Shown piece after piece: positions 13,258 through 25,960 of a stretch of DNA of 64,000 nt. The DNA is from Chrysomallon squamiferum. Lineage: Eukaryota; Animalia; Mollusca. The notes beneath the pieces are model-generated. The model saw nothing but the letters and a program-made list of their open reading frames with translations, was not told the origin of the DNA and did no database searches. Both the position numbers and the translations under genes were made by a program. The stretch spans positions 26,288,001-26,352,000 of the forward strand of contig CM022679.1 of the NCBI GenBank assembly GCA_012295275.1, given 5' to 3'. Within the stretch, counting starts at the first letter, position 1; every line of letters starts with the position of its first letter.

Positions 13258-14278
13258 GTAATAATAACAATTGTAATAATAATATTATAATTTTATTTAT
13301 TACTATTATTATTTATTAATAATATTTGTTATTAAAATAAATATCATATTATTATATTAATCTACTTGAACAAGTTGATACAAAAACCAAGAATAGTAAA
13401 AAAAAAAAAAACACAATGCAAACTAAATACTGATTTACAAATAAATAAACTTTAAATCATGGCAGTAGTGACAATATGTAATATGTTGCTGTATATGTAT
13501 CTTCTTTTGTGTAATACAAACAACAGATTGTTTTTCATTTCAAAAACTCTGCATGTAGCTGGCTATCAAGATAACAACAGTGTTTTATTTTCTTTTTTAT
13601 CTTCTCTTTCTCTTTTTCTTTAGTGTGTGTGTGTGTGTGTGTTTCTTATCTCTCCTTTCTTTGTTCTGTTTGTTTACTAAAGAAACTATAATTTTCTAAT
13701 ATACCAATAAACTATAATATGCATTTTGTGTGCTTTTATATGATTATATTTTATTCCATTACTGTTGAAGTTTAACTCGTGTAGTATTTATAAAAGATCG
13801 AGAATATATTTTGTACATTTATGTGTGTTTGTTTTTCTTTTTTTCTTTTTTTCTTAATGTTTATTTCTCTAGTGATAGTGTAACATTCTGAATATTCCAA
13901 AATATTATTATTATTATTATTATTTTGTTGTATTTAATTATTTGGCCAATCTTTACTAGAAATAAAGAAATAAAGTATGACAACAAAATGAAGTTATGTT
14001 TGCTTTTTGGAATACTAATGTCCACATACACGCACACACACACACACACAATAATATGATATTGTTGATTTTGAAATGATGAAAACATTTTTTTCAAGTA
14101 GATAAAGAAAATCATAAATAATAATCTATTATATAATAAAACAAAAATTAATCAGTTACAAAACAGACATCTGAATCTGTATGTAAGTTCTACAAGTTCT
14201 GAATTCATTAAATATATTTAAGCAATATAAACAGAAAGATGTGTTATTGTAACAAAGCTTACAAAAGTATATAATGGT

Positions 14279-14310
<32 letters not shown>

Positions 14311-14673
14311 GAAACAGGATCAAATTAACATTTTCAGATAGATCAAGAAAATAATTTTGTTTGTTGTTGAAAATATGGCTATACTAGTAATCAGAGACTT
14401 AATTGTACATTATTCGAATAACATCCTTGATTAGAATTTTTAGTTTTTAATTTTTTTTTGTTTCACCACAGAATATAGAACACAGTAAGTACAACTGATA
14501 CATGTTAAAGTAATCAAATACAAAAATTAATATGAACGACTTACACATGATAACATAATAAAATATAAAAGTAAATTAAAGTGATAAATTGTCTGGCTAT
14601 TTGTAATATAAATCTATAAATCAGTTCTAATAGTTTTGCAAAACCCACTAGTATTTAAGTCATGTAAATAATA

Positions 14674-14681
14674 ACTACTAT

Positions 14682-14770
<89 letters not shown>

Positions 14771-15140
14771 ATAATAATAATAATAATTACGAAATTGATA
14801 GTAATAATACTTACAACAGTAATGTTACTACTGATGCTACTACTACTACTACTATTACTACAACTACTACTACTACTACTACTAATAATAATAATAACAA
14901 TAATAATAATAATTACAAAATTGATAGTAATAATATTTACAACAGTAACATTACTACAGCTACTACCACCACTACTACTACTATTACTACAATAACTATT
15001 ACTACTACTACTACTAATAATAATAATATTTACAACAGTAACATTACTACTGCTACTACCACTATTACTACTACCACTACCACTACTATTACAACTACTA
15101 CTACTACTACTACTACTAGTAATAATAATAACAACAATTA
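14674..15140. repeat. (ACT)n/(AAT)n compound microsatellite
   Basis: Direct inspection. Confidence 0.9.
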
Positions 15141-15145
15141 CAAAA

Positions 15146-15262
15146 AGTCCAAATGGAATCAGACACGAACAGTTTTAAATCTTTTTTTTTTACAAAGAAG
15201 CGAACAGAGAACTGGCTAGTTTATTGAAAGATGACAGATTTCTATGGCATCAACAAATGTGA
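15146..15262 (+). pseudogene. Truncated, frameshifted copy of the CHST15-like terminal exon
   Basis: Matches the 3' half of 41920-42113 (WNQTRTVLN..YKEANRELASLLKDDRFLWHQQM*). The 5' half is deleted and the T-run is expanded. Confidence 0.75.
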
Positions 15263-15582
15263 TGTGTTAATACGTGGATTTCTGAAGATTCTATTTCTAA
15301 TATAAAAATATATGTGTATTTTTTGTTACCACAATACAAAATTAATGAATGAATGATTATAGAAGATGTAAGAAATGATTTATATTTTTCAATATCATCA
15401 CCACAACCACACAAGCTTTGTGATGATGATGACGGTCATCATCATTTTATTATTATCACACTTGTCATATCAATCAACCATGTAACTTGTGACAAATAGT
15501 TTGAAAATTTTGCAATTACAAGAACACCAATAAGTAGAAACTGTAGAGTATTGGTAGTAGTAGCAGCAGCAACAGGTACGTA

Positions 15583-15626
<44 letters not shown>

Positions 15627-16460
15627 ATCTTCTATGTATGAAATTTTATCTTTATTGTTTCAAAACATGCAGTTTTGCTTATAACTTGTGAAAAATAGTT
15701 GCTTACATTAAAGGATGTCAATAAACGTAACAAAATTCTGAAATGCTTGAAGACTGACATTTTAATTCTTGATCAGGACGTCATTCAGTAGAAAGAAACT
15801 GTCAGAAATTACTGAATAATGCTTATCAAAGTCATCTTCAAAACAAACTTTTCTATTCTTACGTATTATTTAAATTTAAAAAGAAATGAATAACGAAATA
15901 TGTAAATTACTTAATTAATTCATAAACAGAAATAACAATAACAAACGAATAAATAAATAGAAAAAAATGAACAAATAAGTAACTAAATAAATAAATAAAA
16001 TAAGAAGTAATAGGAAACAAAGATAGAAAACAAAGGAAAAACACACAAATAAATAAATATATAAACAAAACAAATAAATATAACAAAAATATAATCAATT
16101 AAATAAACAAACAAACAATCATTAAATAAAAAAAAATAATAATGAATAAAAATATACAAATAAACAAATAAATAGATCAGTAAATCTGATACTGAAGAGC
16201 AATTCAGATTAATGCTAGACTCTCACCACTCAGTAACAATTTCTCTCTAGACACAATTTTCACCTTGGCATAAAACAAAACAGGACAGTAGACACCAAAC
16301 TCTGGTATCAGACTAAGCAGTAATGCAAATATATTTATCGTTTAAAATTATAATTCACTAAGAAATAGAGGGATATGTGAAAACAAATCTCCAAAGACCC
16401 ATTCTCGCTAACAAATCATGAACATAAGAATTGATTAGTTGTCAATTATAGAACGTAATA

Positions 16461-17250
16461 TTATTTTTTAAGTAAATTAGAGATTAACTTGAGTAACTCT
16501 TCGTTTTGAAACATATCATCAGCAGAAACAACTTTCACTTTGACATCAAACATGCCAGGGCTGTAGACTCCAAACAGTGGTATCAGTGGCTTTGAAACAT
16601 CAATGTCAGGAATGCTGTATTCACATTTATTTTCATTTACACGAATAATGTGAAATGTTTTATTGTTTGTGTCAAGCAGCAACCCAAGATTCATAATGAA
16701 TTCTTTGTTCTTTTCAAAATGTGCAAACGGCTTGTCAGATATTTCCTCCCCAAGAGAATGAACGTCTAAACACAGACTGTTGTGATTTCTACAGGTGTCA
16801 ACACTTACACACCAGGCGTGAATGTTTTTGGAAATTGCATCTGTATCATCGTAATTTTGTTGTGTACAAACACCAATTTGAGCTGCTATTTTGTGAAGTT
16901 CAGCATTTTCCAGTACTTTACACACAACACCAGTCTGCCAGTAATAACAGACTGGATGGTGAAAAGTCTTGTTTCCTAAAACACCTTCAAAACATTTCAG
17001 TGTGGAAGTCTGTTCTGTGTCAGGTTGTAGTGAAGTTTTGTTAATCAATTCGCCACAATCTGTGATAGTACACGTCTTCCAGTTCACATTATTCTTATTA
17101 AACTGTATACTCGGTACTGTAAAATAAAAATATACATATATAGCTATAACTATCTCTGACTGTTTGAATTACTTTCTACTGACATGAAAAATTATATTTT
17201 CCATCTCTTTACAAATCAAATGTTACCGAATTTAGCATCCATTTTGTCTA

Positions 17251-17283
<33 letters not shown>

Positions 17284-19616
17284 CATTAATATTCAAATGT
17301 ACAAAGATAAGTATAAACGTATATAATTAGACTTTGACTCTTTATGAGTCTTTATTAAAATAAAAAAATAAAGATTTTGTCGATTCCGTTTCACTAGTGG
17401 ATGGTAGCGTGTAATACATGTAGTAACTTAGTATTTCTAACGTAATAACTCGTTATTGGATATTCTGTGTTTACTTACAAATATAGCTGTAAATGTATCT
17501 ATTTCTAAATCAGAGATGATATATCTGCATGATTATTGATTTATTTATTTAAAATTGTTTGTTTGTTTATTTTATTTAACAACAACTTTCTAATCCTGAA
17601 AAAAGATATGTAGATATTTTTTAAGTATAACAAATAAATATTTACAATTCTTACTTCAAAACAAAAGATTAAGAGGAGATAAATTATATCCGTAACTATC
17701 TCTAATGATAATGTATTTTTGCAATAACTTGTACTTTCATAAAGTTATTAATTCATAACTTCATGTCTAGCGATATTTGACATAAATATATATTAGATTT
17801 TTCAACGTAAATTCTGCAATACAAGGAACAATAATCCGGAAAGTTTTATTAATTTGTTATTTTCCCTGAACGTTACATCTGATTATACTAGTTGGGGGCA
17901 ATTCTCATTTCCTCTGTGTCTGTGTCTGTGTACGTGTATGTGTATGTGTATGTGTGTGTGTATTTGTCTCTGTGTGTCTGTAAAATATGAAAATTACTTA
18001 CGAAACACTTCTTTGTATTGACCTATTAGAATTTTCCGCATCAAACCCGCACCTAAAAAACATGATCACATTTTACATCGAACGTTTAGACAATCAGTGT
18101 AAACAGTTAAAGAATCCTTAGAAAAAGAATGCGTCAAACTTTAGAGTTAATTCAATAATAACCGATGAAACTCTACCTTCTGAAGTACAAACAATCAGTA
18201 ATGAACAAAATTAAGGGAGAAATAATTTGATAAAGCTTTTAAATTCTTAAGGTAATTGACATGTCCAGTTTATCCCGGGTAAAAAGTTTATGTATGGAAA
18301 TATTTGGAAAATTCACCTTGTTCGTCGGTTATCTCAGTATTGTCTTTACTAAATCCATGTTCAGGAGCGAGTGACATTTCCTCATTTTCTGAAAGAGTCT
18401 CAAACAAATCTTCTGACATCTTCTTTGTAACGCTGATTTTCTGTGGTAAGAGAATACCACTCATCATTTCACCATTCTGCTCTGTCTTGTCACGATTCTG
18501 CATAAAACTAGCGATATGTTTTGATCTATCGTAGAAGACTGCTGATTTGTTCAAAATCATTTCAAAGTCCCGAAATATCTCCAGACCAAGGTTGATCTTT
18601 TTCATCTGCAGTTCAGCCAATACACTCGACGTAATCAAATGTTCAGTTTTGTTTTTCAGAGACTCAAACATTTCAGTAAATTCGACTTGACGTGCGAACT
18701 GCAAGGCTTGTTGACAGTGTAGTAGATGTCCACTTTTCTCATTCATCGACCGAGTCACCTCTTCTATCTGTTCATCTCGATCACATTTCTGTTTGTCAAC
18801 ATTTCTAACAACTTCATCTTTCAACTGTTGTGTCAAATCTTGAATCTTTTTAATGATTTTTTTACTGGCTTCGTCTATTTTCATTAGACTTTCTTCTTCT
18901 GTCGCATCCAGTGTTTGTTTTTCGCGAGTCAGACCATCAGTGTACGATTTTGATTTTTCTATGGACGTCTGTAACTGGCATAAAGTAGATCTGATCTGTT
19001 CCTTCTTCTCGCTGTAGACATCTTGCAGATTACAGATTTCGTGATCTCTGTGAGACACAAGTGCACACGTAGAACAGACAGCTGTACAGCACGTCTTGCA
19101 GTAAATATCAACTTTCATATTTTCGTGATTTGTACAGATATCCTTTCTCTGGAAAAATTCAGACTGTGGAATTTCTGCCAGCTGTGATATATCAACTGTT
19201 TTATGGTGTCTTGTACTTGAGAATTTGTCGTGACAAGCTCTACATCTTTCACACATGTAGTCGCAACGAGTGAGGCAATAAGCTATTGCTGTAGACCGCT
19301 CTGGGCAATTTTCACATAATATTTCTCCAGGATTATTCTTAATTCTTATATATTCCACCAATTCTGTCAACAGTGTGTTTTGTGGAAATGTTTCCTCTAT
19401 AGTATTCTGAACAGGCCATATCTGTCGACAGTTGGGACATATTATTCCCTCTGGCGATTTCTTCCACACTGATGTCAAACATTGACAACAAAAGCTATGG
19501 TGACATGGTAAACTACGTGGTAGTTTATCTCGGTCGTTAAAACACTCGAAACAAATTTCACATAGAACAAACTCGTCTCGAATTTCTATTAATGGTACAA
19601 CACAACTTTCAGCCAT
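16461..19616 (-). CDS. TRIM-A: RING-Bbox1-Bbox2-coiled coil-acidic linker-B30.2(PRY-SPRY)-like E3 ligase
   Basis: Exons 19616-18317 (ATG MAESC; C3HC4 RING CEIC..LPCHHSFCCQC..CPNCR; B-box2 CTNH..YCKTCCTAVCSTC..H..H; donor CAAG|GTGAAT), 18052-18002 (51 nt, GAGLMRKILIGQYKEVF) and 17116-16461 (FEGVLGNKTF..YYWQ..IGVC..AWCVS..LGLLLD..PLIPLFGV). All introns are phase 1 and the frame is open. Confidence 0.88.
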
Positions 19617-19930
19617 TGTGGATAACTGAAAAAGCTGTGAACTGCTAATCAAGAAATATTTTTAGAAGAGGGCTTCAACATATCTTCTATACAATGTCAT
19701 TCAGCGTTACCTGTTCGAACATACAATAAGCAAATTACCACTTCATAATCTATCAAACATTAAAATATGTGGTTGTGACATTGAACGGTTTATTTATTTT
19801 CATTTTAATCATTTTAATTACTATAATAATATTGTAACCAGGACATTTTGAATCGTAAAATATATTTCTTTTTCCTTCATTTTAAAAAGGTTCTTTAAAC
19901 CGATATATATATATATATGTACACAGTTTT

Positions 19931-20220
19931 CCAATGGCTGAAACTGGAAACACTCACAGCAATATAATTATCATTAACTTACCTTGGTATACTGAACCTT
20001 TACATTATAATATAATTTTCACCTAATAAGTAAATGTCCTGCATTTATGTCCAACGACAACTACTCCACACACATCGTCAGACGGGTCACCTTGAGAAAC
20101 GTGTTAACTGCAAAGTGCAGTAAGTATCAGGGACTCGTTCAAACGGATAGATTCAATACAAGGGGTAAAAATAAATGTATAAATTTTAAAACCTTCGTGA
20201 CGAGTGAATAAAAGAATTAG
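19931..20220 (-). promoter_or_regulatory. Conserved TRIM 5' module (putative non-coding first exon and promoter) of TRIM-A
   Basis: Homologous block upstream of B, D, E and (inverted) G. Contains a donor AAG|GTAAGT at 19982, with a matching acceptor GAACAG| at 19711 before the coding exon. Confidence 0.6.
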
Positions 20221-20628
20221 AAATTTGATATGGTTATTCATTGTTTGTTATTAGTAGATAGTACATTCCCACAAAGATTAGCTCTGTTCAGTGGTGCCTC
20301 GCTCGATGCAAATCTGATCGATCTCATTGATTGATACAAGTTACATTTACTCCACCGATCCGAGTCCAGATGGCGTGCAGTTTAACATGCATCTTTATTT
20401 GCATTAAACCTGCAAGGAATTTAACTGGATTTGATATGTCTCTTTTTTTTTTTTTTCATCCTGTTCCACAACTGCGTTATTGTCCCGTAAAAAGGAAGCC
20501 TTAAAAATAATATATATGCCTAATGGAAGCAAAAGAGTATGAACAGAGTGTCCACAAAAGTAACCAAACCGCAAACTTAAATAAAATTAAATATTTCAAA
20601 CAACAAATTTAATCTGTATATTTAGTAT

Positions 20629-20870
20629 TTACAAATGTTCAAAATGTCTACCTTGAACTTCAATACAATCACGACACCTTTTGACAACACTGCGACATAC
20701 TTTTTGGCAAGTTTCCACTGAAATTTGGTTCCATTCGTGCTGAATACTTTGTTTCAGTTGATCAAAGGTCCTAGGTTTATTATCATAAACTGCGTTTTTT
20801 ACAACTCCCTATAGAAAGAAATCAGGTGTGATCAGATCCGGAGATCTTGCATGCCATACGATTGTCCCCG
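20629..20870 (-). pseudogene. Tc1/mariner transposase C-terminal remnant
   Basis: Translates as WHARSPDLITPDFFL*GVVKNAVYDNKPRTFDQLKQSIQHEWNQISVETCQKVCRSVVKRCRDCIEVQGRHFEHL*. This matches the WPxRSPDLxPxDFFLWG..K..VY...R...C....G.HFEH signature, with the conserved W changed to TAG. Confidence 0.88.
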
Positions 20871-20871
20871 G

Positions 20872-23012
20872 CGTGAACGGTATTAACGTGATCGGTATTA
20901 ACGTGAACGGCATTAACGTGAACGGTATTAACGTGAACGGCGTTAACGTGAACGGCGTTAACGTGAACGGCATTAACGTGAACGGTATTAACGTGAACGG
21001 TATTAACGTGAACGGTATTAACGTGAACGGCATTAACGTGAACGGCGTTAACGTGAACGGTATTAACGTGAACGGCAGTAACGTGAACGGTATTAACGTG
21101 AACAGTATTAACGTGAACGGTATTAACGTGAACGGTATTAACGTGAACGGCATTAACGTGGACGGCATTAACGTGAACGGTATTAACGTGAACGGCATTA
21201 ACGTAACGGCATTAACGTGAACGGCATTAACGTAACGGCATTAACGTGAACGGCATTAACGTGAACGGTATTAACGTGAACGGCAGTAACGTGAACGGTA
21301 TTAACGTGAACGGTATTAACGTGAACGGCGTTAACGTGAACGGTATTAACGTGAACGGCAGTAACGTGAACGGTATTAACGTGAACAGTATTAACGTGAA
21401 CTGCATTAACGTGAACGGCATTAACGTGAACTGTATTAACGTGAACTGCATTAACGTGAACTGCATTAACGTGAACGGCGTTAACGTGAACGGCATTAAC
21501 GTGAACTGCATTAACGTGAACGGCGTTAACGTGAACAGCATAAACGTGAACTGTATTAACGTGAACAGCATTAACGTGAACTGTATTAATGTGAACTGCA
21601 TTAACGTGAACGGCGTTAACGTGAACAGCATTAACGTGAACTGTATTAACGTGACTGCATTAACGTGAACGGCGTTAACGTGAACAGTATTAACGTGAAC
21701 AGCATTAACGTGAACGGCATTAACGTGAACGGCATTAACGTGAACGGCGTTAACGTGAACGGCGTTAACGTGAACGGTATTAACGTGAACCGTATTAACG
21801 TGAACGGCGTTAACGTGAACGGTATTAACGTGAACGGCATTAACGTGAACAGTATTAACGTGAACTGCATTAACGTGAACGGCATTAACGTGAACTGTAT
21901 TAACGTGAACTGCATTAACGTGAACTGCATTAACGTGAACGGCGTTAACGTGAACGGCATTAACGTGAACTGCATTAACGTGAACGGCGTTAACGTGAAC
22001 AGCATAAACGTGAACTGTATTAACGTGAACAGCATTAACGTGAACTGTATTAATGTGAACTGCATTAACGTGAACGGCGTTAACGTGAACAGCATTAACG
22101 TGAACTGTATTAACGTGACTGCATTAACGTGAACGGCGTTAACGTGAACAGTATTAACGTGAACAGCATTAACGTGAACGGCATTAACGTGAACGGCATT
22201 AACGTGAACGGCGTTAACGTGAACGGCGTTAACGTGAACGGTATTAACGTGAACCGTATTAACGTGAACGGCGTTAACGTGAACGGTATTAACGTGAACG
22301 GCATTAACGTGAACGGCATTAACGTGAACAGCATTAACGTGAACGGCGTTAACGTGAACAGCATTTACGTGAACTGTATTAAGGTGAACTGCATTAACGT
22401 GAACGGCGTTAACGTGAACGGCATTAACGTGAACTGCATTAACGTGAACTGCATTAACGTGAACGGTATTAACGTGAATGGGATTAACGTGAATGGTATT
22501 AACGTGAACGGTATTAACGTGAACTGTATTAACGTGAACTGCATTAACGTGAACGGTGTTAACGTGAACAGTATTAACGTGAACAACATTAACATGAACT
22601 GCATTAACGTGAACAACATTAACGTGAACGGCATTAACGTGAACTGCATTAACGTGAACGGCGTTAACGTGAACGGCATTAACGTGAACTGCATTAACGT
22701 GAACTGCATTAACGTGAACGGCATTAACGTGAACTGTATTAAGGTGAACTGCATTAACGTGAACGGTATTAACGTGAATGGTATTAACGTGAACGGTATT
22801 AACGTGAACTGTATTAACGTGAACTGCATTAACGTGAACGGCGTTAACGTGAACAGTATTAACGTGAACAACATTAACGTAAACGGCATTAACGTGAACG
22901 GCATTAACGTGAACTGCATTAACGTGAACGGCGTTAACGTGAACGGTATTAACGTGAATGGTATTAACGTGAACGGCATTAACGTGAACAGTATTAACGT
23001 GAACCGTATTAA
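20872..23012 (+). repeat. 15-bp tandem array, consensus TTAACGTGAAC(G/T/A)G(C/T)(A/G), roughly 140 copies
   Basis: Direct inspection. The TTAACGTGAAC core is near-invariant, with occasional 14-bp units (~21203, ~21232, ~21653, ~22117). Confidence 0.98.
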
Positions 23013-23351
23013 AAGACCGCGTCGTCATGGTAAAACAGATGTCTCGATTACGAAGAACACTACAGTCAGGTAACAAAAATCATTCCAAAGACCACTACTG
23101 ACAGAAGTAAATGAATAGTACAAAAGATAACATAAAATGACATAAAGGATGGAATTAAATTTGTTGTTTTTAATATCTAATTTTATTTAAGTTTGCGGTT
23201 CGGTTACTTTTGGGACACCCTGTATAATTCCTCCAAGTGTGCATGACAGTTCGGTGGGTCAGTCCCATTTCACTAATTAATCCAAATTTATTTTGGGTTT
23301 GGAATATTACCTTTTTAGTGAAACAGGTGTTCCCTAACTGAACACAAATAA

Positions 23352-23352
<1 letters not shown>

Positions 23353-23402
<50 letters not shown>
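23353..23402. repeat. (GATA)n microsatellite
   Basis: Direct inspection. Confidence 0.9.
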
Positions 23403-23403
<1 letters not shown>

Positions 23404-24320
23404 AAATTGCCAGCCCAAAATGTTAGGAAGGGGGAAATTACTAAAGGAAAAATGTTGGTAAAATGGCCTACCGTAGTATTTTCTGCTCTGTCACAAGCAA
23501 CAGCGAGACTTTTTAAAAATATTTTTTATATCTCACTTCATAATTTCACAACTCTGTGCGTAATGTTTAATGGTGAAATGCGATCACGTGTTTTCATTCA
23601 TTTATATATTAACCAGGAATTAACACATAACTTGAAATTTCTGTGGAAAACAGGAATTTCTTATTGTAATTGTTTCTAATATGACTCAGAAAAATAAATA
23701 GTTTTTCTTCCATTTTTATCTTTTACTTTCTGTTTTGTCTGCAGAAACCAGACAAAGCTAAATTACGTTGAAGCTGAGTAACACGCGTGTGAATATCTTT
23801 CCTACCAGGATGCAATTCTTATGTCTGTGTCAGAAGTTAAAATATTAGGTGGCGTCATCGTTTGTTCGTGAACACCAGTGTTTACCCCTTTGATAAGAAC
23901 AGTATTGAAAGATACACTAAAATCGTGTCAAATACTTGAGACGTGAGAATAACTTCTGTTCAAATATACTGCTGTTATTTTATGTTCTACAAACATAAAC
24001 ACCGGTACAATCATTAGACTGATAATATTTATGAAGTGAAAGAATTTTAAAACTTACTCGCTCGTCATATTTTTCATGTTATCAGTATTATAAGAAAACC
24101 AGGAAGCTGAGTCGGTGGCAGTTTCTTTCTATCAACACCGTTTATTAGCGTGTATTATTTTAATTTTAATTATTAATATAATAATATAGTAACCAGGACG
24201 TTTTAAATATAATAAAATTAACCTTCTTTTTTTTTATTTCAAAATTACTAAAAGCAGCATTGACATAGAGATCGAGATTGCAAAGCATAATTTTGTTTTG
24301 ATAATAATAATAATAATAAC

Positions 24321-24388
<68 letters not shown>

Positions 24389-24557
24389 GAACAACAACTT
24401 ACCGTGCAGTCTTCATAAGCAAGTTTTGTGTAAAATTGTTTAAAAATCCATTAGTCATATACTATTTTTATCATATGTAAACAACTATGTCATCCTCTTC
24501 AATGTGAAAATGATTCCTTTGTTTCGCTTTCTATTGCCTGAATATAATACTACTGCT

Positions 24558-24603
<46 letters not shown>

Positions 24604-25960
24604 AACTATTACTACTACTACTACTACTAATAATAATAATAATGATGATGATGATGATATTGATAAAGATAAACACGCGTACCATTCATTATTCATGAGC
24701 AAATTTTATAGAAGGCAGAAATATCTAAAACATTATTCTAAACTGGTAATTTCTGTCAGTTTCAACGATTAAAAGAAAATTGTTAAAATAATCCATGAGT
24801 TTTTATCACATCTAAACAAGTATGTCATCATATTTAATGTGAAAATGTTATCTTAGTTTCAGATTCTATTTACTGAATTGTAAAATACATTTGTTTTTTA
24901 TTTATTTAAAAGAAAAAAAAGACAACAATAAAAAACAAAAACAAAAACAAACAAAAAACAACAAAAAAACAACAACCAAGAAAGTCTGTATATTCATACT
25001 TTCATATTATTTATTATTATAATAGTTGTTGTTGTTGTTATTGTTATTAATATCATTTATAATTTGTCTCACTTTTCTTTTCTCTCCAAACATTTTTTTT
25101 TTTTTTTTAACGTTATCGAAATAATAAACAAACATTATTAAAGAACTAGCTTTCCTGTCTCTGAAAAGTCTTCCCGACCTTTATTTTCTCCCTCTTTCTG
25201 TTTATCTGTATAATAATAAAACCTGTTCAGAACATTGTGGAATACAATTAAAGTTAGTTTGGTGGTGTTTACACTTTAATTTAAACATGTATTGCTTGTA
25301 TTGATCAATTCTAAATTGATTGCAATATCATTTTTAGAATAGCTTGTGTTGCCTAAAGTAATTTTGTACATTTAGATTAAGTCTCACTTTACTTCGAAAA
25401 ATAACCAATTTGTAAGAGTATTCCAGAACCTCTGAACATGTTCTCATCAGCAAAAACATGCTGTAAATGTTCCCTAGCCATACGAAACAAAATTCACATT
25501 TATCTGAATCTTTTATTCAGTATATTATCAGATATTTATTTGTTTTTAAAGTAAATAACAAGACGTTATATTGAAATTACTGAATCTGTAGTTAACTAGA
25601 ACGGGAGAATATGTAAGAAAAAATTCACCATTCCTCTCCAGACTCTTCCAGAAATATGATTAGAAATGATTTAAAAGCAATAATATTTTTTTATTATGTT
25701 CTTTATAATTATTAAATTCATGGTATTAAATTCAAGACATTCCAAATGACAAAAAAAAAAAAAAAAAAAATAATAATAATAATAATAACGAAAAGAAATT
25801 AAAGAAACAACTTATTATTTCCGAAATAAAATAAAATAGAAGAGGACGAAAATATAAAGATAAAAAAAATACCCAAAAAAGATATATTTAAAAATAATCA
25901 AAAACTTGAATTTAATCTAATACGAATTAACACAACCACTGCATGTTACACATTTTCATG

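Larger units (their letters stand above)
12550..18620 (+). repeat. Segmental duplication copy 1 (paralogous to ~39385-45450)
   Basis: Colinear near-identity through intergenic DNA, the CHST15-like exon, the SPRY exon, introns and the TRIM linker. Copy-specific indels: ~13960-14350 is absent from copy 2, and ~39955-40475 is absent from copy 1. Confidence 0.9.
20544..23222 (-). mobile_element. Non-autonomous Tc1/mariner-superfamily DNA transposon with ~70-bp TIRs and an internal 15-bp tandem array
   Basis: Left end CAGAGTGTCCACAAAAGTAACCAAACCGCAAACTTAAATAAAATT (20544-) matches the reverse complement of the right end CAGGGTGTCCCAAAAGTAACCGAACCGCAAACTTAAATAAAATT (-23222). TA flanks the right end but the left flank reads AA. 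A transposase C-terminus lies inside. Confidence 0.9.

Noticed and set aside
14795-14995. Hydrophobic or homopolymeric ORFs (also 5172-5462, 9353-9875, 24298-24698, 29858-30154, 34539-34898, 36665-36919, 38836-39183)
   Set aside because: These are translations of microsatellites and (TTTA)n tracts. Only 9423-9501 and 9823 onward are real exon sequence.
15423-15445. Palindrome ATGATGATGAC-G-GTCATCATCAT (also ~42274-42296)
   Set aside because: Built from low-complexity ATG/CAT triplets. The second copy is explained by the segmental duplication.
16461-17087. SPRY ORFs (also 25961-26623, 43318-43938, 51212-51862) as stand-alone genes
   Set aside because: Their ORF-track starts are non-ATG. Each has an acceptor in a phase compatible with the upstream 51-nt exon and RBCC exon.
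19617-19652. N-terminal extension MISSSQLFQLS on TRIM-A, D and E
   Set aside because: It begins at TTG. The conserved ATG in all paralogs is MAE(S/T)C.
20872-23012. CRISPR-like array
   Set aside because: Units are contiguous 15-mers without unique spacers, there are no cas genes, and the DNA is eukaryotic.
20809-23076. Long ORFs of GINVN, PFTLI or VHVNA pentapeptide repeats suggesting a beta-helix or antifreeze-like protein
   Set aside because: They arise from a 15-bp unit lacking stops in several frames on both strands. They are broken by 14-bp units, have no credible start or splice sites, and lie inside transposon TIRs.
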